DNA of 64,000 nt from Acidimicrobiales bacterium. Lineage in GTDB: Bacteria > Actinomycetota > Acidimicrobiia > Acidimicrobiales > Bog-793. The stretch's first letter is position 1. Each line of letters starts with the position of its first letter. The notes below the pieces were generated by a model that was given only the letters and a program-made list of their open reading frames with translations, was not told the DNA's origin and ran no database searches. Location: the NCBI GenBank assembly GCA_052146595.1, contig JBKQMT010000174.1, forward strand, positions 10,370-74,369, read 5' to 3'. The position numbers and the translations under genes were made by a program. This document shows positions 43,871 through 52,981 of the stretch, in pieces.

Positions 43871-45973
43871 TTGCAGCAGATGGCGGCCGCAGCTAGACCA
43901 GCAAGGGCAGACCGGCTGGAACGGATGACGAACCTGGTCCTCGTGCTGCTCGAGACGCCCCGCCCTCTCTCGTTGCGGGAGATCGCCGCGAGCGTGGTTG
44001 GTTACCCCAAAGGCAAGGAGGCGAGCCGCCAGGCCTTCGAGCGGGACAAGCGGGCGCTTCGCGAGCTCGGGATCCCGATCAGCGTCGAGGCGCTGGCGGG
44101 CGAGGAACAGCTCGGCTACCGCATCCACCCGGAGGGCTACTACCTTCCCGAGCTCCGGCTCGACCCGCGTGAGGAGCGGGCGCTCAACTTCGCCGTCGCC
44201 GCAGTCCAACTTGGTGGTGCCGCAGGCCGCGACGCCGTCGCCAAGCTCGGCGCAACGGGAGAGGTTCCCGAGCCGGGGCTGCCGCCCATCGCCGTCCTGC
44301 CCTCGCTGCCCGCTCTCGGCCCTCTTCACGAGGCCGTGCGTGACAGGGCACTTGTGCACTTCGGCTACCGGGGGCGCCGCCGCGAGGTCGAGCCCTACGG
44401 GCTCGTGTTCAAGCTGACGGCCTGGTACCTCGTCGGGCGGGACAGGACTGCGCCGGACGCAGGCCTGCGCACCTTCCGGGTCGACCGCTTCGAGGACGCG
44501 CCGGTGATCGGGGTACCGGCCGCCTTCGAGCTACCGGACGGGTTCGACCTGCGGGAAGCGGTGCGTTTTCTTCCCTGGCGCGTCGGAGCCAAACCCGAAG
44601 GCCCCCGTCACGAGGAGGCCGAGGAGGGCGAACCGGCCGCCCTGGAGGTGACGATGACCGTGGACGCGCGGCTCGCCCGCAGCGTCGTCGCCATGGTGGG
44701 AGCCGGCGCGGTGGAGGCCTGGGAACCATCGGGGGCCGCCCGCCTGGCGTTTGCCGTTCCCGAGCAGAGCGCCTTTGTCGACTGGGTCGTCGGTCTCGGC
44801 GACACTGCCGAGGTTCTCAGCCCGCCCGATCTGCGAGCGGCAGTCGTGCGGCGGCTCGAAGCCGTGCTGGCATGCCCGCGGCGCGAAACGGACCCGGCCG
44901 AGCTGCCCCCGTCGTCGCCGAGCAGTCCGGCGGTCCCAGCGTTGGCGACCTCTGCGTACCCGGAACCGGCTGAGCCCGCCCTGGCGGGCGACGAGCCCGT
45001 CGTGCCCCGGCGCCCGCTGCCCCCGCCCCAGGCGACCGCCGGTGACCGGCTGAACCGGCTGTTTGCCATCTTGGTGTACCTGGCGAGAGTGGGAGAGGCC
45101 CCGCTGGCGGAGCTCTCGTCTCGTTTCTCGGTCAGCGCGCGCGAGCTGCTCCACGATCTCGAGCTCGTCGCCTGCTGCGGCGTGCCTCCCTACACGCCCG
45201 ATCAACTGATCGACCTGCTGATCGACGAGGACCATGTTGTGGCCGAGGGCCTCCGGGAGCTCGCCCATCCACGCCGGTTCACGCCCGAGGAGGGCTTCGC
45301 CCTCGCCGCCGCCGCCCGCGCCCTTCTCGCCGTGCCCGGGGCCGACGAAGAAGGGGACCTCGCTGGCGCCCTCGCCAAGCTCGAAGTGGTGCTCGGGTCC
45401 TCGAGCCTTGCCGTCGAGGTGGACTCCTCGCCGGCGCTCGGTCCACTGCAGGCGGCCGTCGCTTCGGGCGAGCAGGTGGAGATCGACTACTTCGGCGCGG
45501 CGGCGACAGAGCCCTCTGCCCGAGTCGTCGATCCTTATCAGGTCGTCGTCCGGGAGGGTAAGTGGTACCTGGACGCCTGGTGCCACAACGCCAACGGGTT
45601 ACGGCGCTTCCAGCTCGACCGCGTGCGGGCGGTCCGGCCGACAGGACGCCCGGCTGATGTCAGCTCACTGACGGAGGTCGAACGGGAGTCGCTGTCCCGC
45701 CCGGAGGCCTTCCTCGGCGCCTCCGAGGCGGTGATGGTGAGGATCGAGTTCCCCTCAGAGGCCCGTTTTGCGGTGGAAGGGCTGGTCACAAACGGCCTCG
45801 AGGAGCTCGGTGACGGCCGGATGGTGGCGACCATCCCGGTCAGCGATGCCGAGGGCTGGTTCGGCCGCCTGCTGCTCCTGCTCGGGCCTGAGGCGGAGGT
45901 GATCGACCCGCCGGCTCTTGCCGAAGCCGGTCGGAGGGCGGCCCGGCGCGCCCTGAGCCGCTACGAAAGGTAG
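43871..45973 (+). CDS. pafBC: Fused PafB-PafC-type regulator (two HTH-WYL-WCX modules joined by a Pro-rich linker)
   Basis: Module 1: RLERMTNLVLVLLETPRPLSLREIA...YRGRRREVEPYGLVFKLTAWYLVGRD. Module 2: RLNRLFAILVYLARVGEAPLAEL...ARVVDPYQVVVREGKWYLDAWCH. The start is TTG 43871 or ATG 43880. Confidence 0.75.
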   Translation: MQQMAAAARPARADRLERMTNLVLVLLETPRPLSLREIAASVVGYPKGKEASRQAFERDKRALRELGIPISVEALAGEEQLGYRIHPEGYYLPELRLDPREERALNFAVAAVQLGGAAGRDAVAKLGATGEVPEPGLPPIAVLPSLPALGPLHEAVRDRALVHFGYRGRRREVEPYGLVFKLTAWYLVGRDRTAPDAGLRTFRVDRFEDAPVIGVPAAFELPDGFDLREAVRFLPWRVGAKPEGPRHEEAEEGEPAALEVTMTVDARLARSVVAMVGAGAVEAWEPSGAARLAFAVPEQSAFVDWVVGLGDTAEVLSPPDLRAAVVRRLEAVLACPRRETDPAELPPSSPSSPAVPALATSAYPEPAEPALAGDEPVVPRRPLPPPQATAGDRLNRLFAILVYLARVGEAPLAELSSRFSVSARELLHDLELVACCGVPPYTPDQLIDLLIDEDHVVAEGLRELAHPRRFTPEEGFALAAAARALLAVPGADEEGDLAGALAKLEVVLGSSSLAVEVDSSPALGPLQAAVASGEQVEIDYFGAAATEPSARVVDPYQVVVREGKWYLDAWCHNANGLRRFQLDRVRAVRPTGRPADVSSLTEVERESLSRPEAFLGASEAVMVRIEFPSEARFAVEGLVTNGLEELGDGRMVATIPVSDAEGWFGRLLLLLGPEAEVIDPPALAEAGRRAARRALSRYER

Positions 45974-46033
45974 CCCGCTTGGTTGACCCCGGGGCAGCGG
46001 TTCTCGGCTTCCGAGCGGGCGGGCGTTGGGTGC

Positions 46034-46062
46034 TTGACACAGAAGAGGACTCCCGTTACCGT
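46034..46062 (+). promoter_or_regulatory. Putative promoter TTGACA-N17-TACCGT upstream of the ROK regulator gene
   Basis: Read directly. The -10 box fits the actinobacterial TAnnnT consensus. About 45 nt upstream of the ATG at 46109. Confidence 0.4.
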
Positions 46063-46108
46063 AATCGAACTGGGGAAAATCTCTAGGTTTTTTGGGAGAG
46101 GCTTTCTT

Positions 46109-47431
46109 ATGAATCCTTCCCAAGGAAGTCAGCTTCCACGCCATCCTCGCCGGGGCAACTGGCAGCTGATGGCGGACATCAACAGGAATCTCGTCGTCAA
46201 CGTGTTGCGCACGAGCCCGGTCATGTCGCGGGCCGGCCTGACGAGGGCAACCGGGCTGAGCGGGCCGACGGTCTCGTCAATCGTTGCCGACCTCACCAGC
46301 CGAGGCTTGGTCGAGGATCTTGGGCAGGGCCTCTCCAGCGGGGGAAGACCCCCATTCCTGGTCCGGCTCAACGACAAAGCCAACTATGTCGTCGGCCTCA
46401 AGCTCATGGGCCACGCCATATCTCTAGTCATAACGGACCTGCGCGCCTCGGTGATATACGCCCAGGTGACGCCGCTTGTGGGACCGGCCGCGGTCATTCC
46501 CGACCAAACAGCCCGGCCAGTCGCGCCCCGTGATCCGGGACCCATCATCGAGGCTATCTGCGCCGCGGTCGAGACGGCCATCTCGGCCTCAGGGATCGAT
46601 GACGGCCTCATACTCGGTGTGGGTGTAGGCATCAACGGCCCCGTCGACGCGAGAAGCGGGGTGTGCCGCTTGTCGCCCACATTCAACTGGAAGAACGTGT
46701 CACTCGCCCTACCTATCTCAGAGAAGCTGGGGCATCCGGTCGTCCTCGAGAATGACAGCAACACTCTGGCTGCCGCAGAACAATGGTTCGGGCTTGGTGT
46801 AGGCGTTGACACCTTCATTGCCGTTGCCGTGGGTGCTGGCATCGGCGCGGGGGTGGTGGTCAACGGCCAGCTCCATCGCGGCGCGGGCGGGGCGGCCGGC
46901 GAGTTCGGCCATGTGCAGCTGACAGACACAGGACCCGTGTGCTCCTGTGGTCGAGTCGGGTGCGTCGAGGCCTGGGCATCGGACAGGGCGATTCTGCGTG
47001 ACATCTATGCCGCGCTTGGAGAAGGACGACAGAGCTCTCTCGCTCCGGCGGCGGCCAGGGGCGCTCTCACGATCGCAGGTGTGACGGCCGCGGCCGAGGA
47101 GGGAGACGAGCTCAGCCGCCAGGTGTTGTCGCAAGCGGGACATTATCTCGGCCGCGGCATAGCAACCCTGGCAACCGTCATCGATCCCCGCTTGGTGATC
47201 ATAAGTGGTGAGGGTGTCCAAGCTGGGCACTGGCGCTTCGACTCGATGTTGAAGGCGATCGAGGCCTCGGTATTCGGCGGTATTGACGCCGAAATAATTT
47301 TCACGCCCGAGCCCCTCGATGACGCAAGGTGGGCTCGTGGTGCGGCGTCTGTCGTGCTGGGTGAGATCTTCAACACGCCCACCCAGCCGTCGCTGTTCAA
47401 GAGCAAGGTTGGATTGACAGGGTCATCTTGA
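46109..47431 (+). CDS. ROK-family transcriptional regulator (NagC/XylR-like)
   Basis: NRNLVVNVLRTSPVMSRAGLTRATGLSGPTVSSIVADLTSRGLV (wHTH), then the ROK sugar-kinase fold with GEFGHV...CSCGRVGCVEAW (Zn motif). Confidence 0.85.
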   Translation: MNPSQGSQLPRHPRRGNWQLMADINRNLVVNVLRTSPVMSRAGLTRATGLSGPTVSSIVADLTSRGLVEDLGQGLSSGGRPPFLVRLNDKANYVVGLKLMGHAISLVITDLRASVIYAQVTPLVGPAAVIPDQTARPVAPRDPGPIIEAICAAVETAISASGIDDGLILGVGVGINGPVDARSGVCRLSPTFNWKNVSLALPISEKLGHPVVLENDSNTLAAAEQWFGLGVGVDTFIAVAVGAGIGAGVVVNGQLHRGAGGAAGEFGHVQLTDTGPVCSCGRVGCVEAWASDRAILRDIYAALGEGRQSSLAPAAARGALTIAGVTAAAEEGDELSRQVLSQAGHYLGRGIATLATVIDPRLVIISGEGVQAGHWRFDSMLKAIEASVFGGIDAEIIFTPEPLDDARWARGAASVVLGEIFNTPTQPSLFKSKVGLTGSS

Positions 47432-47537
47432 AAGTGGAGACGAGACGGCGGACAGGAGGTGACATTTGGGAAGGAGGCATAGCGGCGCCTGCTGCATGCC
47501 TTGGAAGTGCCACAAGCAATAGGAAGGAGCGACAATA

Positions 47538-48872
47538 ATGTCGATGATTGTTCAAAGGAAGGCAGCACGTCGCTGGGGGCGTGTCAGCGTGGTGGCCTGC
47601 GTACTCGCCGCGACGTTGATGGTTGCCGGCGTGTGCTCGACGGCCTTCGCGTCGCCTCGGGCCGTGTCGTCGCGCTCGGCGTCGTCGGTCGCGGCGTTGT
47701 CGAAGGCCGCGACGGGGGGCGTGATCACCGAGCAGGACTACTACACCGCGGGCGACAACTCCGAGATGGTCGCGTTCATCAATCAGTTCGAGAAGCAGAA
47801 CCCGGGCTTCACGGTGAAGCGTGACGTGGTGCCCAACGGCACCATGGAGTCGCAGGAACTGGTGGAGGCTGCTGCGGGTCAGCTGCCGGACCTGCTGATG
47901 ATGGACAACCCCTGGGTGGGAGGACTGGCTGCTGCCGGTGACCTGGTCCCGCTCGACCAGCTCGGTGTCAACACGAAAGGGCTGACCGAAGGCGCAATAG
48001 CGGCGGGGAGCTTCCACGGTACCCAGTTCGGTATCGGTTTCGGCAACAACTCGCTCGGCTTGTTCTACAACAAGACGCTGCTCAAGGCGGCGCATGTGTC
48101 ACCTCCGACGACATGGGCGCAACTCGTGACCGCGGCCAAGGCCCTCACCAACAAGGCGACCGGGGTCTACGGCCTCGAGGTTGCTGGGGTCGACACGGGG
48201 GGCAACGCGACCTGGCAGTTCCTGCCCTTCTTCTGGACCGCGGGCGGGGACCTCGAGCACGTCAACGACGCCGGCGGGGTGGCGGCGCTCTCGCTCTACA
48301 ACACTCTCGCCCGGAACGGCAGCCTGCCGGCTTCTGTGGTGGACTATGACCAGAACGCCATCGCCCAGCAGTTCCAGGACCAAAAGGCGGCGATGATCGT
48401 GATAGGGCCCTGGGAGTTCGCGGACTTCAACGCCACCAAGGGCCTCAGCTGGGGCGTTACCTCGATCCCCGTCCCGAAGGCAGGCATGTCGCCGGTCGGG
48501 CCGCTCGGGGGAGAGGTGTGGGTCATCCCGAAGACGACGCCTGCCCAGGAGGCGTTGGGGCTCAAGCTCTTGCGCTTCCTCACCTCTCCGGCCAGCACTT
48601 ACAGCTGGGCCTCGCAGAACGGGGAGATAGCCAGCCAGAAGTCTGTGTCGGCCAAGCTCATTGCCAACGACCCGTCGGACCGGATCTTTGCCTACGAGAT
48701 CGAGCATGCCCAGTCCCGGACGTCTGAGGTAGGTCTCGCCTACCCGGCGATTGACACGGATCTGGGCGCTGCGGTCGAGGCCGTGATCCTCGGCAAGCAG
48801 TCGCCGAAGGCAGCCCTCAATTCCGCTGAGGTCCAGGTGCAGTACGCGCTGGAGCAGTACGGCGAAGGCTAG
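47538..48872 (+). CDS. Extracellular solute-binding protein (family 1, CUT1 sugar ABC)
   Basis: Signal peptide (VSVVACVLAATLMVAGVCSTAFA). GGAAGGAG RBS. Confidence 0.85.
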   Translation: MSMIVQRKAARRWGRVSVVACVLAATLMVAGVCSTAFASPRAVSSRSASSVAALSKAATGGVITEQDYYTAGDNSEMVAFINQFEKQNPGFTVKRDVVPNGTMESQELVEAAAGQLPDLLMMDNPWVGGLAAAGDLVPLDQLGVNTKGLTEGAIAAGSFHGTQFGIGFGNNSLGLFYNKTLLKAAHVSPPTTWAQLVTAAKALTNKATGVYGLEVAGVDTGGNATWQFLPFFWTAGGDLEHVNDAGGVAALSLYNTLARNGSLPASVVDYDQNAIAQQFQDQKAAMIVIGPWEFADFNATKGLSWGVTSIPVPKAGMSPVGPLGGEVWVIPKTTPAQEALGLKLLRFLTSPASTYSWASQNGEIASQKSVSAKLIANDPSDRIFAYEIEHAQSRTSEVGLAYPAIDTDLGAAVEAVILGKQSPKAALNSAEVQVQYALEQYGEG

Positions 48873-48893
48873 TCCCTGACCCTTTGAGTCGTT

Positions 48894-48929
48894 CGGGGCC
48901 ACGCCTTCGCCAACGGGGGCGTGGCCCCG
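48894..48929 (+). terminator. Hairpin with a 12-bp perfect stem followed by gttgttgct; attenuator/terminator after the binding-protein gene
   Basis: cggggccacgcc-ttcgccaacggg-ggcgtggccccg, read directly. Confidence 0.55.
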
Positions 48930-48955
48930 GTTGTTGCTAGCGTCGCTCGCTAGAC

Positions 48956-51004
48956 GTGTCCTTGGAAGGGAATGCCCAGCCGGAAAGGAATGTCGTGCCC
49001 TCTCTTTTCCCTCAACCTGACGACGAGATCAGCATTGCGCGCTTTAGCGACGAGGCCGGCGCCCTCACACGGCGCTGTGATCACGAGGTGGTCCGCATCG
49101 AAGCCTGGGGACCCGACAGCCTGCGCGTGCGAGCCGGTCTTGACGATCTGATCGAAGGCGACGGTGCGCTGAGTGAGCGACCGGCTGCGCAAGCGATCGT
49201 CGAGATAAACGAAGAGGGTGCGAGCATCACAGTCGGTGCACTGATTGCGCAGGTCGATGCGGCCGGCCACATCCGCTTCCTCCGCAGCGATACTTCAGAG
49301 GAGCTGCTCACCGAGAAGCCGATCCACTTCTGGTGGCCGGGGCCCCGGAACTTCACCGCCACCGGCAACGGTTATCACTACCTCGAGCAATGCTTTGCCG
49401 CCTACGAGGGTGAGCGGCTCTTCGGCCTGGGCCAGCACACCCACGGCCGGCTGGACCAAAAGGGCATCGTGATCGACTTGGTGCAGCGCAACGCCGAGGT
49501 GAGCATTCCCTTCCTCGTCTCGAGCCGCGGCTACGGCCTGTTGTGGAACAACCCGGCCGTCGGCCGCGTCGAGCTCGGGGCCAGCGCCACCCGCTGGATC
49601 GCCAACAGCGCCCGGCAGATCGACTACTGGATCACCGCCGGGACGCCGGCACAGATCGCCACCCGCTATGGCGCTGTGACCGGGCGCCCCCCGATGCTCC
49701 CCGAGTGGGCGGCGGGGTTCTGGCAGTCCAAGCTCCGCTATCGCACCCAGGAGGAGCTGTTGGAGGTCGCGCGGGAATACCACCGACGCGGGCTGCCGCT
49801 CTCGGTCATAGTCGTTGACTTCTACCACTGGCCCCACCACGGAGACTGGCGCTTCGAGCCGAGCGAGTGGCCCGACCCGCAAGCGATGGTCAAAGAGCTG
49901 GAATCCATGGGCGTTCGCCTCATGGTGTCGGTGTGGCCGTCTGTGAGCGTGCTCTCGGACAACTACCAGCCGATGCTGCACGCCGGTTACCTCATCGCCA
50001 GCGAGCGGGGAGCGCCTTTCCACGCCGACTGGCCCGACCGCCACGCCCAGGTGCGACTCCCGGTCGCCTTCTACGACGCCACGAACCCACAGGCTCGCAG
50101 TTATCTGTGGGATCAGCTCCGGGCCAACTACTACGAATCCGGGATCAAGGTCTTCTGGCTCGACGCCTGCGAACCCGAGATCAGACCCGGGCATGTCGAC
50201 AACCTCCGACTCGCCGCCGGCCCCGGCCCGGCGGTGCTCAACCGCTACCCGGTCGACCATGCTCGGGGCGTTTACGAGGGCATGCTCGAGGCCGGCGAGA
50301 CCGAGGTGGTCAGTTTGATCCGCTCGGCGTGGGCGGGCAGCCAGCGCTGGGGCGCGGCCTTGTGGTCAGGTGACATTCCGGCCACCTTCGAGTCCCTCGC
50401 TGCTCAAGTGAGAGCCGGCCTCAACGTCGCCCTGTCGGGCATCTCCTGGTGGACGACCGACATCGGCGGGTTCCACGGCGGGGACCCGGAGAGCCCCGCC
50501 TACCGGGAGCTCCTCGTGCGCTGGTTCGAGTACGGGGTGTGGTGCCCGCTCTTCCGGCTCCACGGGGATCGCGAGCCGCGTGTCGCGCTCTCCCAGGAGA
50601 TGACCGGGGGCCCGAACGAGGTCTGGTCCTACGGCGAGGAGGTCTACGGCATCCTCGCCGGCCTCCTGCGCCTGCGCGAGCGGATCAAGCCCTATGTGCT
50701 CGAGCAGATGGCCGTGGCGGCTGCGCAGGGAACACCGCCCATGCGGCCGCTCTTCTTCGACTTCCCCGATGACCCCGAGGCGTGGGGGATCGAGGACGAG
50801 TTCTGCTTTGGCCCCTCCGTCCTCGTCGCGCCGGTCACGAAGCTCGGCGAGCGCTCTCGTCGTGTCTACCTGCCGGCGGCCGCGACCTGGACCGACCCCT
50901 GTAGTGGCGAGACCGTGTGTGGTGGGACCTGGGTCGACGCGGCGGCGCCGCTCGAGCGCATCCCTGTGTACCTGCGCGACGGCGCCCAGTTACCGCTGCG
51001 ATGA
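48956..51004 (+). CDS. Glycoside hydrolase family 31 (alpha-xylosidase/alpha-glucosidase, YicI-like)
   Basis: KVFWLDACEPE (nucleophile region) and GISWWTTDIGGF (acid/base region). An alternative GTG start at 48995 has a GAAAGGAA RBS. Confidence 0.85.
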   Translation: MSLEGNAQPERNVVPSLFPQPDDEISIARFSDEAGALTRRCDHEVVRIEAWGPDSLRVRAGLDDLIEGDGALSERPAAQAIVEINEEGASITVGALIAQVDAAGHIRFLRSDTSEELLTEKPIHFWWPGPRNFTATGNGYHYLEQCFAAYEGERLFGLGQHTHGRLDQKGIVIDLVQRNAEVSIPFLVSSRGYGLLWNNPAVGRVELGASATRWIANSARQIDYWITAGTPAQIATRYGAVTGRPPMLPEWAAGFWQSKLRYRTQEELLEVAREYHRRGLPLSVIVVDFYHWPHHGDWRFEPSEWPDPQAMVKELESMGVRLMVSVWPSVSVLSDNYQPMLHAGYLIASERGAPFHADWPDRHAQVRLPVAFYDATNPQARSYLWDQLRANYYESGIKVFWLDACEPEIRPGHVDNLRLAAGPGPAVLNRYPVDHARGVYEGMLEAGETEVVSLIRSAWAGSQRWGAALWSGDIPATFESLAAQVRAGLNVALSGISWWTTDIGGFHGGDPESPAYRELLVRWFEYGVWCPLFRLHGDREPRVALSQEMTGGPNEVWSYGEEVYGILAGLLRLRERIKPYVLEQMAVAAAQGTPPMRPLFFDFPDDPEAWGIEDEFCFGPSVLVAPVTKLGERSRRVYLPAAATWTDPCSGETVCGGTWVDAAAPLERIPVYLRDGAQLPLR

Positions 51005-51025
51005 GCCTCAGCTCGAGGTAAGAGG

Positions 51026-52003
51026 TTGCCGATGCCCGAGGCGACAGCTGAGACCACGGCGACACGCACAGACCAGGTGCCATCGCCGGGCGGGCTCCCA
51101 CAAGGTGAACGGGTGCCAAGACGGCGCAGACGCTTTCCTGGTCGGCTCCTGTTCCTGTTGCCAGCTGTCATCTATCTCCTGGCGCTCTTTGCCTATCCGA
51201 TCGTCTACGGCATCCTTTTGAGCGTTCGGAAATCGAGCGTCATCACCTTCGTGCACAACACCGGCGGCTTCGTCGGCCTCACCAACTACCGCCTAGCGGT
51301 CACCAACCCCGTCCTGCCGGGCGTCGTGTGGAACACGGCCATCTTCATGGTGGGGTCGATCGTGATGCAGTTCAGCCTCGGCTTTTTGATCGCCCTGTTC
51401 TTCACCCGGCGCTTTCCTCTGAGCGGCTTCCTGCGCTCGCTCATACTCGTTCCCTGGCTGCTTCCCGGTGTCGTCACGGGGATCATCCTGCGGATGATGT
51501 TCGACCCCAACATCGGCATGGTCAACCAGGTGCTCTCGAACCTCGGGCTCATCCACTCACCAATCGAGTGGTTCGCCAACACTCATCTCGCGCTCTTGGT
51601 CATCGTGCTGGCGAACATCTGGGTGGGGATCCCGTTCAACATGCTGCTCCTGCACGGCGGGCTCCAAGACATTCCAAATGAGCTGTACGAGGCGGCCCGC
51701 GTCGACGGTGCCGGGCGGCTGCGGACCTTCCGGTCGATCACCTTGCCGGTGATGCGACCGGTGATCGCCGTGGTGCTGGTCCTCGGCTTCATCTACACGC
51801 TGAAGGCATTCGACATCGTCATGATCATGACCGGCGGCGGGCCCATGAACGCCACCCAGCTCTTGTCCACGTGGGCTTACACGCTGTCGTTCTACAACCT
51901 AGATTTTGGGCAAGGTGCCGCGGTCGGCACGATCATGATGGTGATCTCCCTCATCTGTGCGGTCGCCTATGTGCGCACCTACAGGCGGGAGCTTCGGACA
52001 TGA
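51026..52003 (+). CDS. Sugar ABC permease (MalF/UgpA-like)
   Basis: Six-TM BPD_transp_1 pattern with an EAARVDGAGRLRTFRSITLP loop. Confidence 0.85.
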   Translation: MPMPEATAETTATRTDQVPSPGGLPQGERVPRRRRRFPGRLLFLLPAVIYLLALFAYPIVYGILLSVRKSSVITFVHNTGGFVGLTNYRLAVTNPVLPGVVWNTAIFMVGSIVMQFSLGFLIALFFTRRFPLSGFLRSLILVPWLLPGVVTGIILRMMFDPNIGMVNQVLSNLGLIHSPIEWFANTHLALLVIVLANIWVGIPFNMLLLHGGLQDIPNELYEAARVDGAGRLRTFRSITLPVMRPVIAVVLVLGFIYTLKAFDIVMIMTGGGPMNATQLLSTWAYTLSFYNLDFGQGAAVGTIMMVISLICAVAYVRTYRRELRT

Positions 52004-52833
52004 GCCACCGCCACCGCCGGGCACTCATCTCGGGGCTGAACCTCGCCGTGGCCCTGGTGATCGTCGCTCTCATGCTCGTCCCGCTCTACTGGGCCGTGGT
52101 CACCTCGCTCAAGACATTGCCACAGTCCTATGCCACCCCGACCTCTCTCCTGCCGCCGTCGCCGACGTTCGCCGCCTACTCGCAGGTGGTGCACACCCAA
52201 GGTGGCTCTCTGCTCACCAGTTTCATCATCGCCGTCGGCGCCACGGCGCTGTCACTTCTGATCTCGGTGCCCGCCGCCTTCGCGCTCGCGAACTTCCGGT
52301 TCCGGGTCACCTGGCTCGTCACCTTGGCACTACTGGTCGCCCAGACGATCCCCGGCATCGTGCTCGGCACCTCGTTCTTCAAGATCTTCGCCGGGCTCCA
52401 CCTGCTCAACAGCTATCTGGGCCTCATTATCGCCGACTCCACCTATTGTGTGCCGTTCGCGATCCTGGTCATTCGCGCCTTCATGATCGGGCTGCCACGC
52501 GAGCTGCTCGAGGCGGCGCGGGTGGACGGCGCGACGCTGCTCGGCACGTTGCTACGGATCGTGGTCCCGCTCAGCAGGCCGGCGATCTTGACGGCAATGC
52601 TCTTCTCTTTCTTGTTCGCGTGGGGCGATTTCCTCTTCGCTCTGACGCTCAGCACCTCCAACACCGTCGAACCGATGACCCTCAGCATCTACTCGTACAT
52701 GGGTCAATACACCTCGCAGTGGCCGGACCTGATGGCCGCAGCCGTGTTCGCCGCCATCCCTTCGGCCATTTTGCTCGTGCTCGTCCAACAGGGGATACGA
52801 GGAGGGATCGCCACCGCCGGGCTGAAGGGCTGA
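52000..52833 (+). CDS. Sugar ABC permease (MalG/UgpE-like)
   Basis: The internal ATG at 52000 gives an ATGA overlap with the upstream permease. EAARVDGATLLGTLLRIVVP loop. Confidence 0.85.
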   Translation: MSHRHRRALISGLNLAVALVIVALMLVPLYWAVVTSLKTLPQSYATPTSLLPPSPTFAAYSQVVHTQGGSLLTSFIIAVGATALSLLISVPAAFALANFRFRVTWLVTLALLVAQTIPGIVLGTSFFKIFAGLHLLNSYLGLIIADSTYCVPFAILVIRAFMIGLPRELLEAARVDGATLLGTLLRIVVPLSRPAILTAMLFSFLFAWGDFLFALTLSTSNTVEPMTLSIYSYMGQYTSQWPDLMAAAVFAAIPSAILLVLVQQGIRGGIATAGLKG

Positions 52834-52981
52834 GAGTTGGTCGTCGGCCGAGGCCCGCGTCCTCAGCCGGACGCCGTCTAGCGGTCGGCCGCTTCCGGCG
52901 GACATCCGCCGGAGGAACCTCGACCCTGGCCCGCGCAGTCCCGGTAGGTGCCGCGGTCGGTACGGCGCCTAACCAGGATGC

